This document shows positions 12,081 through 25,007 of a DNA stretch of 45,261 nt, piece by piece (within the stretch, counting starts at the first letter, position 1; each line of letters starts with the position of its first letter). The stretch is from the NCBI RefSeq assembly GCF_006345805.1, contig NW_021834898.1, positions 1 to 45,261 on the forward strand, in the 5' to 3' direction. Below the pieces are notes generated by a model. It had not been told where the DNA came from, ran no database searches, and saw nothing but the letters and a program-made list of their open reading frames with translations. The stretch is from Octopus sinensis (lineage: Eukaryota). A program made the position numbers and the translations under genes.

Positions 12081-15000
12081 TTTTTTTTTTTTTTACAAAA
12101 TGAAGTGGGGCGGGTCTACGGACCCCTCGCTCCCCGCCACGGCACTTAACCTTCTGTTTTTTCTTTTTTCAACCTATCTCGTATTTGCGAGGGACCTTTT
12201 ACTCACCACATTTTTCCACCTTTCGTCAAAAACTTTCTTCCTCAGGCTCCTCCTCTCTAGTTCTATATGTCTTTTCAGGTGGAATTTAAAATATTCCACC
12301 AGACCTGAACCAGAGATGAAGTCGCCTGTTATTAACCCTTTCATCCTTGTCTTCCATACTGCCTGTTTCGCAGTTGCAACCACAGCGAGAAAACAAAACT
12401 TACTTTCTTTCGTTAAGAAATCTGGTGGGCTGATTTTTACAATAGATTCGGCTGATAGCTGTACTCTCCGTTCACCTGACATCAGTTGTTCGGCACAAAC
12501 CCACATCTCTGCCACCTCCGAACACTGCACGATCGCGTGCGAGACGGTTTCCCGTTCTCGCCCACACCTCGCACAGGTCGGGCTGACTTGGCAACCGTGC
12601 CTTGCAAGCTTGTCCCGAACAGGTAAGGCTCCTCGGTAGCACTGCCAGGCCAAAGACTTCTGGAAATTCTCCAGGGTCTTCGGCCCGAATGTACGTTGGA
12701 ACAGACTGGCCAGCTGATCATCGTCGAAACCTAGAGTTTCCCCTAGCGTATCATCGTTACCGGCCTCTACAAACCCTCTATAAAACACAGCGGTAGAACC
12801 ACTGCCGCAGGCATTGCCCGAGCGACGGAATAGTCGGAGTACCTTGCGACACTCCGTATACCACGTACCCAACTTTGATCTGTGATTATACCAGCCCTCC
12901 CGGCCACCGAAACTGGTGAACCTGGGGAACATCTGTTTCGACAGCGGAGACCACACCCGTTCACTACCAAGATGGAGCCAGAGGTGCCTTAGCCTCAGCG
13001 CATTTCTGCGCATCATTAGCCACGGCATCCCTAGTCCACCCTGTAACGGTTTTTGACAACAGACAGAGCGTCTCACAAGCGGTTTCGAGCCCTTCCACAA
13101 GAAGCGAAAGAGCTGTCTCTCCAACTTGCTCAACCACGAATCCGGGCAAGGCACGACGGCAAGGCGGTAGGTGATCACCGATGCGATAAACACATTGGCT
13201 ACCTCCGCCCTACCTTTCAAGGATAGCCACCGCCAAGACCAAGTCTTGGCTATTGCAGCCACCTTGCTCGATACCTCGCTCCAGTTCTTCTCTGGATGCC
13301 GCTCAGTTTTCGCAGCAGCGGCTCGAGAGCCACTACATACAAAAGCGGGGAGAGCGGACATCCCTGGCGGACCGAGCGCTTGACTTTGAACGGCTTAGAA
13401 AGAAAGCCGTTCACCTGAACAACCGAGTCGACATAGTCATACATTTCGATGATCCACCTGAGGAAGCCAAGACCCAGGCCGAACTGAGCCAGAACAGACA
13501 CCAGGTAGTGATGGTCGACCCTATCGAAAGCTTTTGACTGGTCTAAATGGACCACTGCCCCTCCCTTGCCGGGATCATTATTTATTCCCTCTAACGTGTA
13601 TCTAATAAGATGGAGATTATCCTGAATGGCTCCGGCTGGTACGGCGCAAATTTGCGCTTTCCCAATCAGTCCATTCGCGACACGCGCCAATCTGTTCGAT
13701 AACACTTTGGCCAAAATCTTCAGCTCTGCGTTCAGCAGAGTGATGGGCCTGAAATTATCTATTACGTCCCCCTTGCTCTGGTCCTTCCTGATTAGCGTCA
13801 CCACACCCCGGCGCACAGATCTGGGAATGAACCCATTCTGCTGCCAGTTTGCGTAGACGCCCGTCAGTAAGTCCCCGAACAAGTCCGGCATACTTTTATA
13901 AAGCTCGTAGGGTAGACCATCCAGTCCCGGCGCCTTACCCGCACCGCAGTCCGCCATAGCCTCCATTACCTCCCCAGGTGTGATCGGCTCCTCACTACAC
14001 TTCGCGTCCTGCTCCGAGAGGCGCGGCAGCCCGTCAAGGAGGTCCGTAAGGCCCCTCCCCCTATCCGGTCCGCCGCTCCCCCCAAAAAGCTGGGCGAAGT
14101 GGTCCTGAAAAGCTTGGTTCGCCAGAGATCGAATTGTAGCATCATTGCCACGTTGGGCTTCCACCACTCGGGCCCATCCTGCAGCCTTGATTCCTTCGCT
14201 CCCCATTGTGCGTTGTCTAGCCCTGACAATGCAACCCATGTGCTTGGCTTCAACGTGCTGGTTAAGAACCAGTCTCTTGACCTTCACCTGGTCTGCATTG
14301 CCAGTTCGCATTGCTTCCTCTAAGTCCTTAACTAGTGTATTCGCCTTCCTAGCCTCTCTAGCTACGAGATTTGTACTCTACCTAATGGACTCGTATTTTA
14401 TGGCTCGCTTGAGGGCATACCACCATTTGTTGTTAACAATGGAACCGGTCAAAGCCCTCTGGATCATTAACCTAATCCTGTCCCTGTACTCCTTAATCGC
14501 CAAAAGGGACGTATTAAGTTTCCAGTAACCAGGACCTCTATTTATCTTATCTACGTCTAGCCTACAGGTGACCATCTTGTGGTCACTGTAGCTGACCATG
14601 TGGAGTTGTGGACTCTTAACTAGGTTCTTATCTACCTTCCTAATTAATATCCTGTCTATGTATGACCTTAACGATCCGTCGCTTGTTGACCACGTCCACA
14701 GTGGAACGTTCGGACGTTCCAGTCTATATGGGTCTACCAGCTCAAAACGTCTTAGTAGACTCAGGAAGCAAGCATTTCCTTTACTATTTCTGTCTGTTTG
14801 CGAGCCTTCACAGTCTACCCGCACATCGCATATTGTGTTGAAGTCATCTAACATTACTACAGGGTACGATGTACTCAGAAACTTTTCCAGATTCCGAAAA
14901 TAATCACTTTTCCCGTTTCCGGCGGGTGCGTAAACCGCAACCAGCCTGATTGTCTTACGACTGCTGAACGTCAACTCAACGACGACCAGCCTACCTTCCG

Positions 15001-15530
15001 GATCTGCAAAAATCAACTTTTTCTCAGAAACCCGGTTCTTTTTAACCAGGACCAACACCCCGCTTCCGCCGCACGACGGGTTCGGAGAGATAATACTCTC
15101 GTAACCGTTGAACAGCGGGAGCAGATCTCTTGGCCCCTTTAACCGGGTTTCTGTGGCAACAACAACATCTAAATCCCGTGACCTGATGTCGTTTAGGAGG
15201 CGCCCTTGCTTCCAGCTCGTCATCAGGCCACGCACATTTATGCGTCCTACACAAATACGAGACATTGCTTACCTTTTGCCGTGTTTCTTATTTTCCTGTT
15301 GCACCTGTGGGGAAGTCCGCCTTAAACAGTGTTTCGTCTAAGTCGTGTCGCGGACCAACTATGTCCCCTGGGTATTGGCTCTTTAGAATGTTTGAGTTCA
15401 TTACGTCTATTTTGAATACCTCTGTATTTTTTGATAATATCCGGTACGTCTCCATTCTTTCTGCGTTCGGTATTTTCATTAAGTCACTCATAAGACTGTC
15501 GTTTTTTTTGGTTAATTGAGATGAAAACAT
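12081..15530 (-). mobile_element. Tx1/L1-clade non-LTR retrotransposon with poly(A) tail
   Basis: APE domain (ORF 14378..15265: INVRGL, ETRL, DDFN, YIDRIL, SDHK), RT (13250..14311), C-terminal CCHC (CARC..ETVSHAIVQC in 12174..13361), poly(A) at 12081-12094, and a probable ORF1 C-terminus at 15288-15530. Confidence 0.92.
12174..15265 (-). pseudogene. Tx1/L1 ORF2 pseudogene with one in-frame TAG (14378-14380) and an internal deletion removing YADD
   Basis: ORFs 14378..15265 and 13250..14311 share a frame. The junction at 13293/13294 joins LLRKLSGI directly to EKNWSEV. Confidence 0.88.
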
Positions 15531-15892
15531 CCTCTATAATTCTTTTTTGGGGGCATGTTGTGGAGGATGGGGAGGCAAAGGAGGACTGAGGGGAGTAATT
15601 AGTCCGGCGGTAACGCTTTCTCGTGATTAGAGAAAAAAGAGGTAAAGTGAAGTGTCTATGATATGAGGTTGATGGAACGTAACTGTAACGCTTTCACGTG
15701 ATAGGTGAATGCAAAGAGAGACCAAGAGAAAGAGAAAGGAGAGAGAAAAAGAGGAAGAGGGCATGTGGTAGGGGGAACGTAATATTTATTACACGATAAA
15801 AAAGTAGTAGTTGGGTAGTGATATTGAGGAGGGTTATCATATAATTTAGGTAGAGGGGTGATGTTCTGATGGTGAGATTAAAGAAAAAAAAA

Positions 15893-15894
<2 letters not shown>

Positions 15895-15937
<43 letters not shown>

Positions 15938-15956
15938 TGTGTGGTGTGTGTGTGTG

Positions 15957-16005
<49 letters not shown>

Positions 16006-16025
16006 TGTATGTATGTATATATATA
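15895..16025. repeat. (TA)n/(TG)n microsatellite
   Basis: Direct reading. Confidence 0.9.
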
Positions 16026-16692
16026 TCAGTAGATAAAAAGGGAGGCTAAGAGAGATGGTGTTAGTGGTGGTAGTAAGTATTTTAAATCTCCTATCACCTA
16101 ACGCATGATCAGAAATGTAATTCCATGAAATATTCACACTTATATACAGTGTCATATGTACGGCGTATATATATATATTACAATTAGATATAATTATAAT
16201 GAAAGTACCAGGAGTACTGACTAATTCGTCTTTTGTGCTAGGTCACTGGTAATAAGAATTTATTTTTTTACCCTATTTACTATGTTATAAATGTTGCTCG
16301 ATAAATTTGCTAGTAAATTTTTACCGGCATACCCTCTGTTCGCCGGGTATAGTTTGCGTCTGCGCACTGGTCTGAAAAGTTAGAGTATACATATCGCTAG
16401 ATTTGTACGTGCTTCTAGCGATATGTACAGCTTGGTTTCTAAAGGCTTCCTGCTGACGAGTCTGGCCTTAGCAGATGAATTCTATTCATTTGCTAAAAAG
16501 ATGAAACTGCAGTACAGGATTAGCTGAGATGGTTAACGTTTTTGATTTTCATTCCATTTCATGAATTTATCCCCCCCCCCCTGTGTATTTAGTACTTGCT
16601 TCTTTATTTGGAAGCCTTTCAATGTATTTTTATATGAATAACGTATAGTCTAATGACTAATTCGTCTTTTGTGCTAGGTCACTGGTGATAAA

Positions 16693-16756
<64 letters not shown>

Positions 16757-17028
16757 ATTAAGAGGAGGGAAATAATATCAAAGCACATAGCGAATGGCAA
16801 GGCTGGATCCTTCAGATGGTAGGTTTTACGCTAAAAGTCCTTTAGGTCCCAACCGATGTAACAGTTTATTTTTTGGTGACGTAGATATACAGTCTAATAA
16901 TGATAATAATGGGATTGAGTTTGTATATTCAAATTCTTAATTCTCTCTGTCTCTCTGTCTCTCTCACTCTTTCTTTATTTCATTCTTTCTTTCTTTCATT
17001 CTTTCTTTCTTTCTTTCTCTCTTTCGCT

Positions 17029-17079
<51 letters not shown>

Positions 17080-20000
17080 TTATAAATTGAAGATATACTC
17101 GTTAAAATGTTATTTGTTATAAACATTTATATATGTATATGTTAGGGTGTGTATGTGTGTGTATGTACATTTATATATATTCAAATAAATGCTCTCTCTC
17201 TGATCCACAGATCCTTCATGATCCTACTAATGGACAGAAAAGACACGAAACGTAAAAAAAAAACCTCTATGAATAAATTATGTAAATGTCCCGCCCTGTG
17301 ATTTTTATTTGTTCCTCAAGCTGAAGAAGTTGAAGGAGACTGTAACAAGGGTCCTGGAGACACTTCCTTTCAGATGAGATTTCAGCTTAGGTCTGTAGAT
17401 TATTTTTCGAAAGCTGCGCCGTAAGAGGTTCCACAGTTTAATGTGCCCCTTGGTTATCCAAACGATAATCGATGCGAGAGTATTTAGTATAACTGATTTT
17501 AGTATAAGTCATTTACGCAATTCGGTAGCTTAATAACACCTACGTTTGATAGGTCCGAAGACGTCAGTAGTAATACTGTTTGGAAACATGGTGGTTATGT
17601 CCACTGACATGACACATATTCCTCTGTCAAGCACCATGTCTATCTTACCGTTGGTGAATGAATGAGGTTCAAACGAAGACTACGGCAGTCATATTGTTTC
17701 CTATGGCTTCATCTCTATGCGTAAATTGAATGAAGTATGGGTGCTATGCCTTGCCAAAGTGCAATCCATGTTCGGTCCAGTGCAATGTTTTATCCATATT
17801 CACCATACCCAAACCCTAACCCTATATTTGGAGGTTGTTCACCACTTTACCGCGTACAGTAAACTCTCTCAAAGCACACACATTCATAACTGGGCATAAT
17901 TCGCTATGGAATACGAGTTCATAACATGCACCTTAATTTTACTAACTGTTTTAGCTATCGAAGTAGTCGCGAGTTGACATTGACATCCTTTCGTATTGCC
18001 CACCCTTGTATCTAACTATCACAACTAACTCTCGGTTGATACTTTATTTAAAGTTCAGTAGACTGATGCAACGTGAAATGAAATGACTTGATCTAAGTAA
18101 TAACGTCACTCATTTCAGGAATTGATCCCGGGATATTATGATCATCAGCTGAACTTCCAAAACAAGTATGCCATATAACTTCATACATGCTCCACCACAC
18201 AATCTTCTTGAGATACTCCGAGCAGAAATTGAAATCAAGTCCTCATATGCAACAACAAGCTATAGAAGAGTACCTCTCTATTAAATAATTTTGCTGAATT
18301 CAAATGTGGAACCCATTGTTTAGGATTACGTCTAGATTTCAAGATACCCAAACCCTCAATTTTCACTATTTTCCTCATATTTCAGGGAAATATATTGTGA
18401 AAGGTAGTACGAATGTCTATTATGGCTTATCGATTATTTTATTAAAGGTCTGGTGTAAACACCGGGTTATGAAATAATGGCCGAAGCGAGCATTAGTCTC
18501 AGGGTATTTTAATGTGAATAAACAGGCTTTAGTTCAGCCGGAGAAAATCATGTAACTAAAAACGATGCTGGGCTATTGAGGATCAGCACTCAACCATTCA
18601 AACCATTCAAACCATTCAAACACAAATTCATGAAAAAATAGACATGAACAATAATGTCTGTAGAAATTTAGAGATATTTGCTAGCTTTTCAGTAGAATTT
18701 CAAAACATCCTAGGTTTGAAGACAATGCAATTTCTACGTATATTAGTACGTTCTTCATAAGCTGGTTTATTCGAAAACAAATCAAAGACATTCTGTGGAT
18801 CCATTATTTTAAAATTCTGATGTGATCATATTAAATTGATGTCCGTTTCGGATTCTGTTCGTCTCCAGTTATTTCGTTCGCGTGACGATATTTCCAAAGT
18901 ATTGTCTTGAATAAAGTTCAAATTGTTTATACACCAAGAACGGGGATTTATATTTTCCTACCGTTGAATTCTGACAGGTTTCATATTTTCTTTCGAATAG
19001 GAGTAAAGCAGGCTTGAAACCGATTCACAGGATGACCAAGTCTAGAGGGAAGGAGAAAAGATGGTATTCTTCAACTGAAGAATGTTTAAGAGAATATGGA
19101 CTTCACTAACGGCACTCAAAGAAATAGATGGTGGTTTTGAACAGAGATGTGCTTTAAGACTACCATTGAAATAGGCCATTAGAGACAGAGAAAGGATACA
19201 GCATAGAAATGGACATGGTGTTGAAACACGGCCATTTGTGATGTGCTGAAGATTAGACAAGTGTCCCTCACAATCTTACTTGAAAACTTAACCTTCGCTG
19301 AGCATTATTAGCAGTGAAGATCTTTCGTGGCGCAAGTAGATCCTTTGCATAGCTAGTACGGTATTTTAAAGTCCAATCCTTCTCTTTGCAGCCATAACTT
19401 CAGACCATTTACAATGCTCAAGTGAAGCACACAATGAAGAAATCTTTCTACATCTGGAACGGTGATACACATCCGGGATTGCATCGAAAGAAGGGTGACG
19501 TGGCTAAATTTTACTCTATCCCTAACAGACATACTCTAACAGCTATCTCGCAGGCAGGATATCTCTTCTCTTTGTTTTGCCACTGTCACTGTCATGCTAC
19601 AGATTCTTGTAGGAGTTGGCTGAGCTCTTGACCCCACCAAGCAGGTACTACCGACTCACTCGTCTATTCCTTTGCTCCTCGATCTTAAACATCAGTTCGT
19701 TTTCAGTATGAACCACTGTGCTAAACACTTCAACCCCTTCATCATTCCTGTAAATGTTGGCCTGTAGCAGCTTAAACGGAACGTTCATGGTATCTATCTC
19801 AGATTTCATTCAATTCACGCTTAAATTATGAAAGATGAAAATATCTAACTTATTAAACGGAACATTGACTTTGCTATTCCACATCTTCAGATTTACGAGG
19901 TTTAAAGAATAACATTAACAAAACATTGCTATTTGCTTTACATTAGGATTTCTCAAATGGTGAAAACGTTGTTGACAAATGGGACTGATCGAATGAATCG

Positions 20001-20249
20001 ATCCATTTTAGTATTTGAATTTTTGATTAAAACTTGAAGTGATGCAAGCCATTTAATTGGAAATAATCGCCTAGAACATAAATTAGTTCTTATGATTTTC
20101 ATGAGCATCTAATAATAATTCGGCTTATTCCTCCGTCAGTAGGAATCAGCAGAATTCTTATTAGATAATAATAGCGCATCTGTAACACTTTTACAAGATG
20201 AATTGAAGGGAAATGCGAAGAGCGAGAGAAAAGAGGGAGTAGAGGGAAA

Positions 20250-20763
20250 AAGCGGGTAAGGTGAAGAGCGTGCCTGGGTCCTTGTATATTATCATATATT
20301 GAGGGATGTGTGTTGAGAGAGAAGAGTTGAGAAAATTTATGACGTATAAACGATAAGGAAAACAGGTTGGGAATTAAAAAATGAAACAATAAAAATGGTT
20401 AGGAAATGTAAAGGTAGATAAAAAGTTGTTTACTGCATCGATATATGGAGCAGGATATCAGTTGAGGTGCAAGGCAATTAGTTAGGGGATGACACAGGGG
20501 TGGGTGGGGTATTGTTGCTATTTGTACTTAGAATATGAATTGCATAATTTGTGTCAAGAAGTAAATATTATGCTATCCCGTTCATTTCAAATATTTCCTT
20601 AATGCGGACAGTGAGGAAACCCGTTTGGATACGATATCCACGATAGAGTTTAGAACTGCCGTTGCGGTTGGGGGAAAAGTTGGCGTAGTTGAGGTTCTCC
20701 TTAAGTTTATGGCATGGGTAGGAAATTTGGCTTTGTAGATCTAGGGTGACATCTAGGAAATTA
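20250..20763 (-). mobile_element. Penelope-like fragment, same family as 6990-8080
   Basis: NFLDVTLDLQSQ motif. 20605-20763 aligns with 7123-7285 at roughly 80% by eye. Confidence 0.6.
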
Positions 20764-21035
20764 CGGCAATAGATTGGAGTTCAAGTGCCCACAACTATTT
20801 AATGCCTTGCCAACACATCTGAGGTATCTCCATGTAATGGATGTAGATGTTTCAAGATACAACATGATCTCTTGCAATCCAAGATACCAAATGAACCAAT
20901 ATCGGGGCAGGAAACTCAAACGAGGGCATCGAAAGCGAATTCCGTCCTTCACCAAAGGCCAATCCCATAAAATTGGCCAGTCGAAAGGTGCTTACACTGG
21001 TGGGACCCCATCATCGACACAGCCTCAGGGTTAAA
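20764..21035 (+). mobile_element. 3' end fragment of a LINE ORF2 (clade uncertain)
   Basis: FKCPQLFNALPTHLRYL..DVDVFK....LQSKIPNEP (across a frameshift) resembles the GPxLFNxLP...FKxxLD...PDEP C-terminus of invertebrate LINEs. Confidence 0.5.
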
Positions 21036-21968
21036 ACATATAAAAGAATAAAAGAACATAAATATATATGTATAATATCAATTTAATAAATAAAATATAT
21101 GCATACATATATGTACATATATATATATATATATGAGTACAGAACACCACAAATAAGCGTAGAACACAACGAGAAACGAAAACATAAAATCAAACAAGGA
21201 AACGGACTTTTTTTAACAACGAAAATACAGGGTTCAAGACAAACAATACAAGGAAAATTCCCCTTCATCAGCTGCCGCTGTTTCAACTCAATGCGTGTTT
21301 CGAATGTAAGGGCAGAACACGATCCGGCCGAAACAGTCATTCCTGCAAAATGAATTAAATAAAATTCTTTTGCAGAGGGGTAAAACAATTGACAAGAACA
21401 GGACGTAAAAGCAATACAAATGAAGAAAAAACGGTACAAATAAAGAATAACAGGACAAGGAAACCAACTATAAGGGCTTTTTTAAGCCTAGACGGTGGAA
21501 AAATTCGTTAGAACGCATTCTGAAGATCGGCTTGCGGAAGACAGAAGAAGTCGATGTTGACTTGTTGAAAGCATCGGGCAGAAAGAAAGTTAGTAGTCGC
21601 CCGTTCAGAGACGAGAGAGAAGAGGAGGAGTGAGAGAGAGAGAGGAGGAGGAGTGAGAGATAGAGAGAGAAAGAGGAGAAGAAACCAGAAAGGATGAAAA
21701 ATAAGGAGAGAGACAGGTAGAGAGGGAGACAGACAGGCGGGGAGGAAAGTTCAGGTAAAGAGTTAAGAGTGCGCGTCATAATTATTGAAATAAAAACTTA
21801 CTTGCAGAAGAAAAAGAAAACAACGCGTTGCGTTCAATCATATAATAACATTTTGATAAATAAAACATATGCATACATACATACATAAATATATATATAT
21901 ATATATATATGTGTGTGTATGTATATATGTATATATATGTATATATATATATATATATATCTATATAT

Positions 21969-22011
<43 letters not shown>

Positions 22012-22107
22012 CTGGAAGCTTTACGAAAATAAACAAAAGACGAAGGCAGGTGGAGTACAAACAAACAATTGTATTAGTATGGGGCTCAGGAATAGAAATA
22101 AAACAAG

Positions 22108-22145
22108 TCTTTTACGTTTCGAGCCTACGCTCTTCAACAGAAAGA
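22108..22145 (-). ncRNA. Minimal type I hammerhead-like motif (A6U variant), copy 1
   Basis: TCTTT-CTGTTGA-A-GAGC-GTAG-GCTC-GAA-ACGT-A-AAAGA. Confidence 0.55.
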
Positions 22146-22689
22146 TACACAGAAAAGAAACACGGAGAGAAACAAGGAGAGAAAAATATGCGTGCAGGTG
22201 TTAACGATTGAACATGGCGGTCTGATTTCAGCCAGAAGTCAGAGATCAGACGTTAGACGCTAGAGGGACAGTAGGGGAGATAACAGGGCAAGTGACCTCG
22301 CCCCAACATAAGGGTGCGTGTGTGTATAAGAGAGTATGTATGTGCGTATGAAAGGTCTGGACGTGTGTATGTATGTATGATGTGATGTGTAATGTCGTAT
22401 GGTGTGGGGAAAACCCATGTGGGGTGTGGGTTCGGATGGGGTTGGGGTAGAGGGGGGTTGGGGTAGAGTGGGGTTTTGGGGAGAGTGAAAGGGGTAGAGA
22501 AGAGAGAGGAGGGGAGGAGGGAAGAGAGATGAGGGGGAGGGGAGAGAGGAGATGAGGGGGAGAAGGGAGGAGGAGGGAGGATAGATGAGGGGGAAGTGGG
22601 AGAAGGAAGGAGAGGAGAAGACGAGGGGGATATATATATATATATGTATATATATATGTATATATATATATATGTATATATATATATGT

Positions 22690-22750
<61 letters not shown>

Positions 22751-22847
22751 ACTGGAAGCTTTACGAAAATAAACAAAAGACGAAGGCAGGTGGAGTACAA
22801 ACAAACAATTGTATTAGTATGGGGCTCAGGAATAGAAATAAAACAAG

Positions 22848-22885
22848 TCTTTTACGTTTCGAGCCTACGCTCTTCAACAGAAAGA
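22848..22885 (-). ncRNA. Minimal type I hammerhead-like motif (A6U variant), copy 2
   Basis: Identical to copy 1, offset 740 bp. Confidence 0.55.
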
Positions 22886-23385
22886 TACACAGAAAAGAAA
22901 CACGGAGAGAAACAAGGAGAGAAAAATATGCGTGCAGGTGTTAACGATTGAACATGGCGGTCTGATTTCAGCCAGAAGTCAGAGATCAGACGTTAGACGC
23001 TAGAGGGACAGTAGGGGAGATAACAGGGCAAGTGACCTCGCCCCAACATAAGGGTGCGTGTGTGTATAAGAGAGTATGTATGTGCGTATGAAAGGTCTGG
23101 ACGTGTGTATGTATGTATGATGTGATGTGTAATGTCGTATGGTGTGGGGAAAACCCATGTGGGGTGTGGGTTCGGATGGGGTTGGGGTAGAGGGGGGTTG
23201 GGGTAGAGGGGGGTTGGGGTAGAGTGGGGTTTTGGGGAGAGTGAAAGGGGTAGAGAAGAGAGAGGAGGGGAGGAGGGAAGAGAGATGAGGGGGAGGGGAG
23301 AGAGGAGATGAGGGGGAGAAGGGAGGAGGAGGGAGGATAGATGAGGGGGAAGTGGGAGAAGGAAGGAGAGGAGAAGACGAGGGGG

Positions 23386-23419
<34 letters not shown>

Positions 23420-23438
23420 TATATATATATATGTATAT

Positions 23439-23491
<53 letters not shown>

Positions 23492-23513
23492 GTATATGTA
23501 TATATATATATAT

Positions 23514-23547
<34 letters not shown>

Positions 23548-23566
23548 AGAAATATAAAAATTAGTC

Positions 23567-24136
23567 TCTCAAAAGGAGATTACGGCAGCGTTAGTGGAAA
23601 TTAATAGTTATCGCCATACTAATATGGCAGTCTAAATATAAGACTAAAACTGTCGCTGATTAGCTCCAAGAGGCCACCGCCTCTAGCTATCTATATGACA
23701 AACGAACCTGCGTCCATTACAACCTTCGAACAATGGCCTCCTGGTGCTAATCAGCGACAGCTTTAGTCTTATATTTAGACTGCCATATTAGTATGGCGAT
23801 AACTATCAATATCCAGTAACGCTGCCGTAATCTCCTTTGGAGAAACAAGGGGATGTATTCCACTGTAACTAGGTAAATAAAATCTTCGAACAGACTGTCA
23901 GTAGCGACACCTGCTGGTTCTGACTACGCTGCATTGATAAATGGCAACACGCTGAAACATGTCTGCAGATGTCTGACTAGCAAGGTGAAGCGGCTGACCT
24001 CCCCTGTTCGAAGGTTGTAATGGACGCAGGTTCGTGTCATATAGCTAGATGGAGGTGGTGGCCTCTTGGAGCTAATCAGCGACAGCGTTAGTCTTATATT
24101 TAGACTGCCATATTAGTATGGCGATAACTATTAATA
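23567..24136. mobile_element. Compound foldback / MITE-like element with long inverted repeats
   Basis: 23572-23676 pairs with 23734-23838, and 23600-23732 pairs with 24005-24136. Confidence 0.8.
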
Positions 24137-24139
24137 TAT

Positions 24140-24184
<45 letters not shown>

Positions 24185-24659
24185 TATATATATATAAGAC
24201 CACCAACAATTTAGATTCAAATAAATATGGTACTTAATTTAGATGCACCAGAATTTTGCATGGTGTTACCCATGGGGTGATTATAATCAAAATAAGCAAC
24301 AAGAATGACTCCGCTGATTTGGTACAATAGTTTCGTACTACAACATTTTATTAAAAGCTGTAAGTATTACAGCAGATTTAAGATGCTGAGTACCAATTTA
24401 TATAGCCAATTTATATAGGTTTTCCAATAATATAAAAGCTTTCAAATCAAGTAGTAACATTTTAGAGAAGGTAAATATACAGATAAAGATGTGAATATAA
24501 ATTTTAGGAACATATGAGGTTGTGAAGTTCAGCTGCTAACTGACCAAAACTCTGCTTGTATCTGACTGCTATAAGAATTTTTTAGTTTTAGGAATGAGGG
24601 TAAGGGAAGGTTTCAGAATACCATAAAGGAAATTCAGGCTGTCACTAAACAAAAAGCCA

Positions 24660-24715
<56 letters not shown>

Positions 24716-24775
24716 ATATATATATATATAAATTGGACATGGGCGATCGTTGTATTCTTTCTTGTCTTGAGGTTC

Positions 24776-24976
24776 ACAGCCAAACGGCTGGGTGGATTCG
24801 CATGAAATATGGCACACATGTGGAGAGGGGTGTATATATTGAATGCAGTTTGTATGTTTTCCTATCCCCCATAGTTACCGAGAAAATCGATTAAAACTTT
24901 TTTTAATGGAATTCCCCCGCCAACATACATAACCTCTCTACTTTTCTGTTACTCACTCCGCACACCCCATCCAACA

Positions 24977-25007
<31 letters not shown>

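Larger units (their letters stand above)
22011..23547. repeat. Head-to-tail tandem duplication, ~740-bp unit ending in (TA)n
   Basis: ACTGGAAGCTTTACG starts at 22011 and 22751. The unique part is essentially identical; differences are confined to the G-rich and TA tracts. Confidence 0.92.

Noticed and set aside
12100-15519. Plus-strand ORFs overlapping the Tx1 element, and similar ORFs opposite the Helitron and Dong genes
   Set aside because: Antisense or alternative-frame shadows of TE coding sequence.
15694-16155. Continuation of Tx1 ORF1
   Set aside because: Interrupted by microsatellite, with no recognisable motif.
17300-19600. Possible very old LINE remnants on the minus strand
   Set aside because: Only faint motif echoes; family and boundaries cannot be supported without a profile search.
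21250-21310. CTGATGA-A-GGGGAATTTTCCTT on the minus strand
   Set aside because: A stem II-like hairpin is present but GAAA and the cleavage site are missing. At most a decayed relic.
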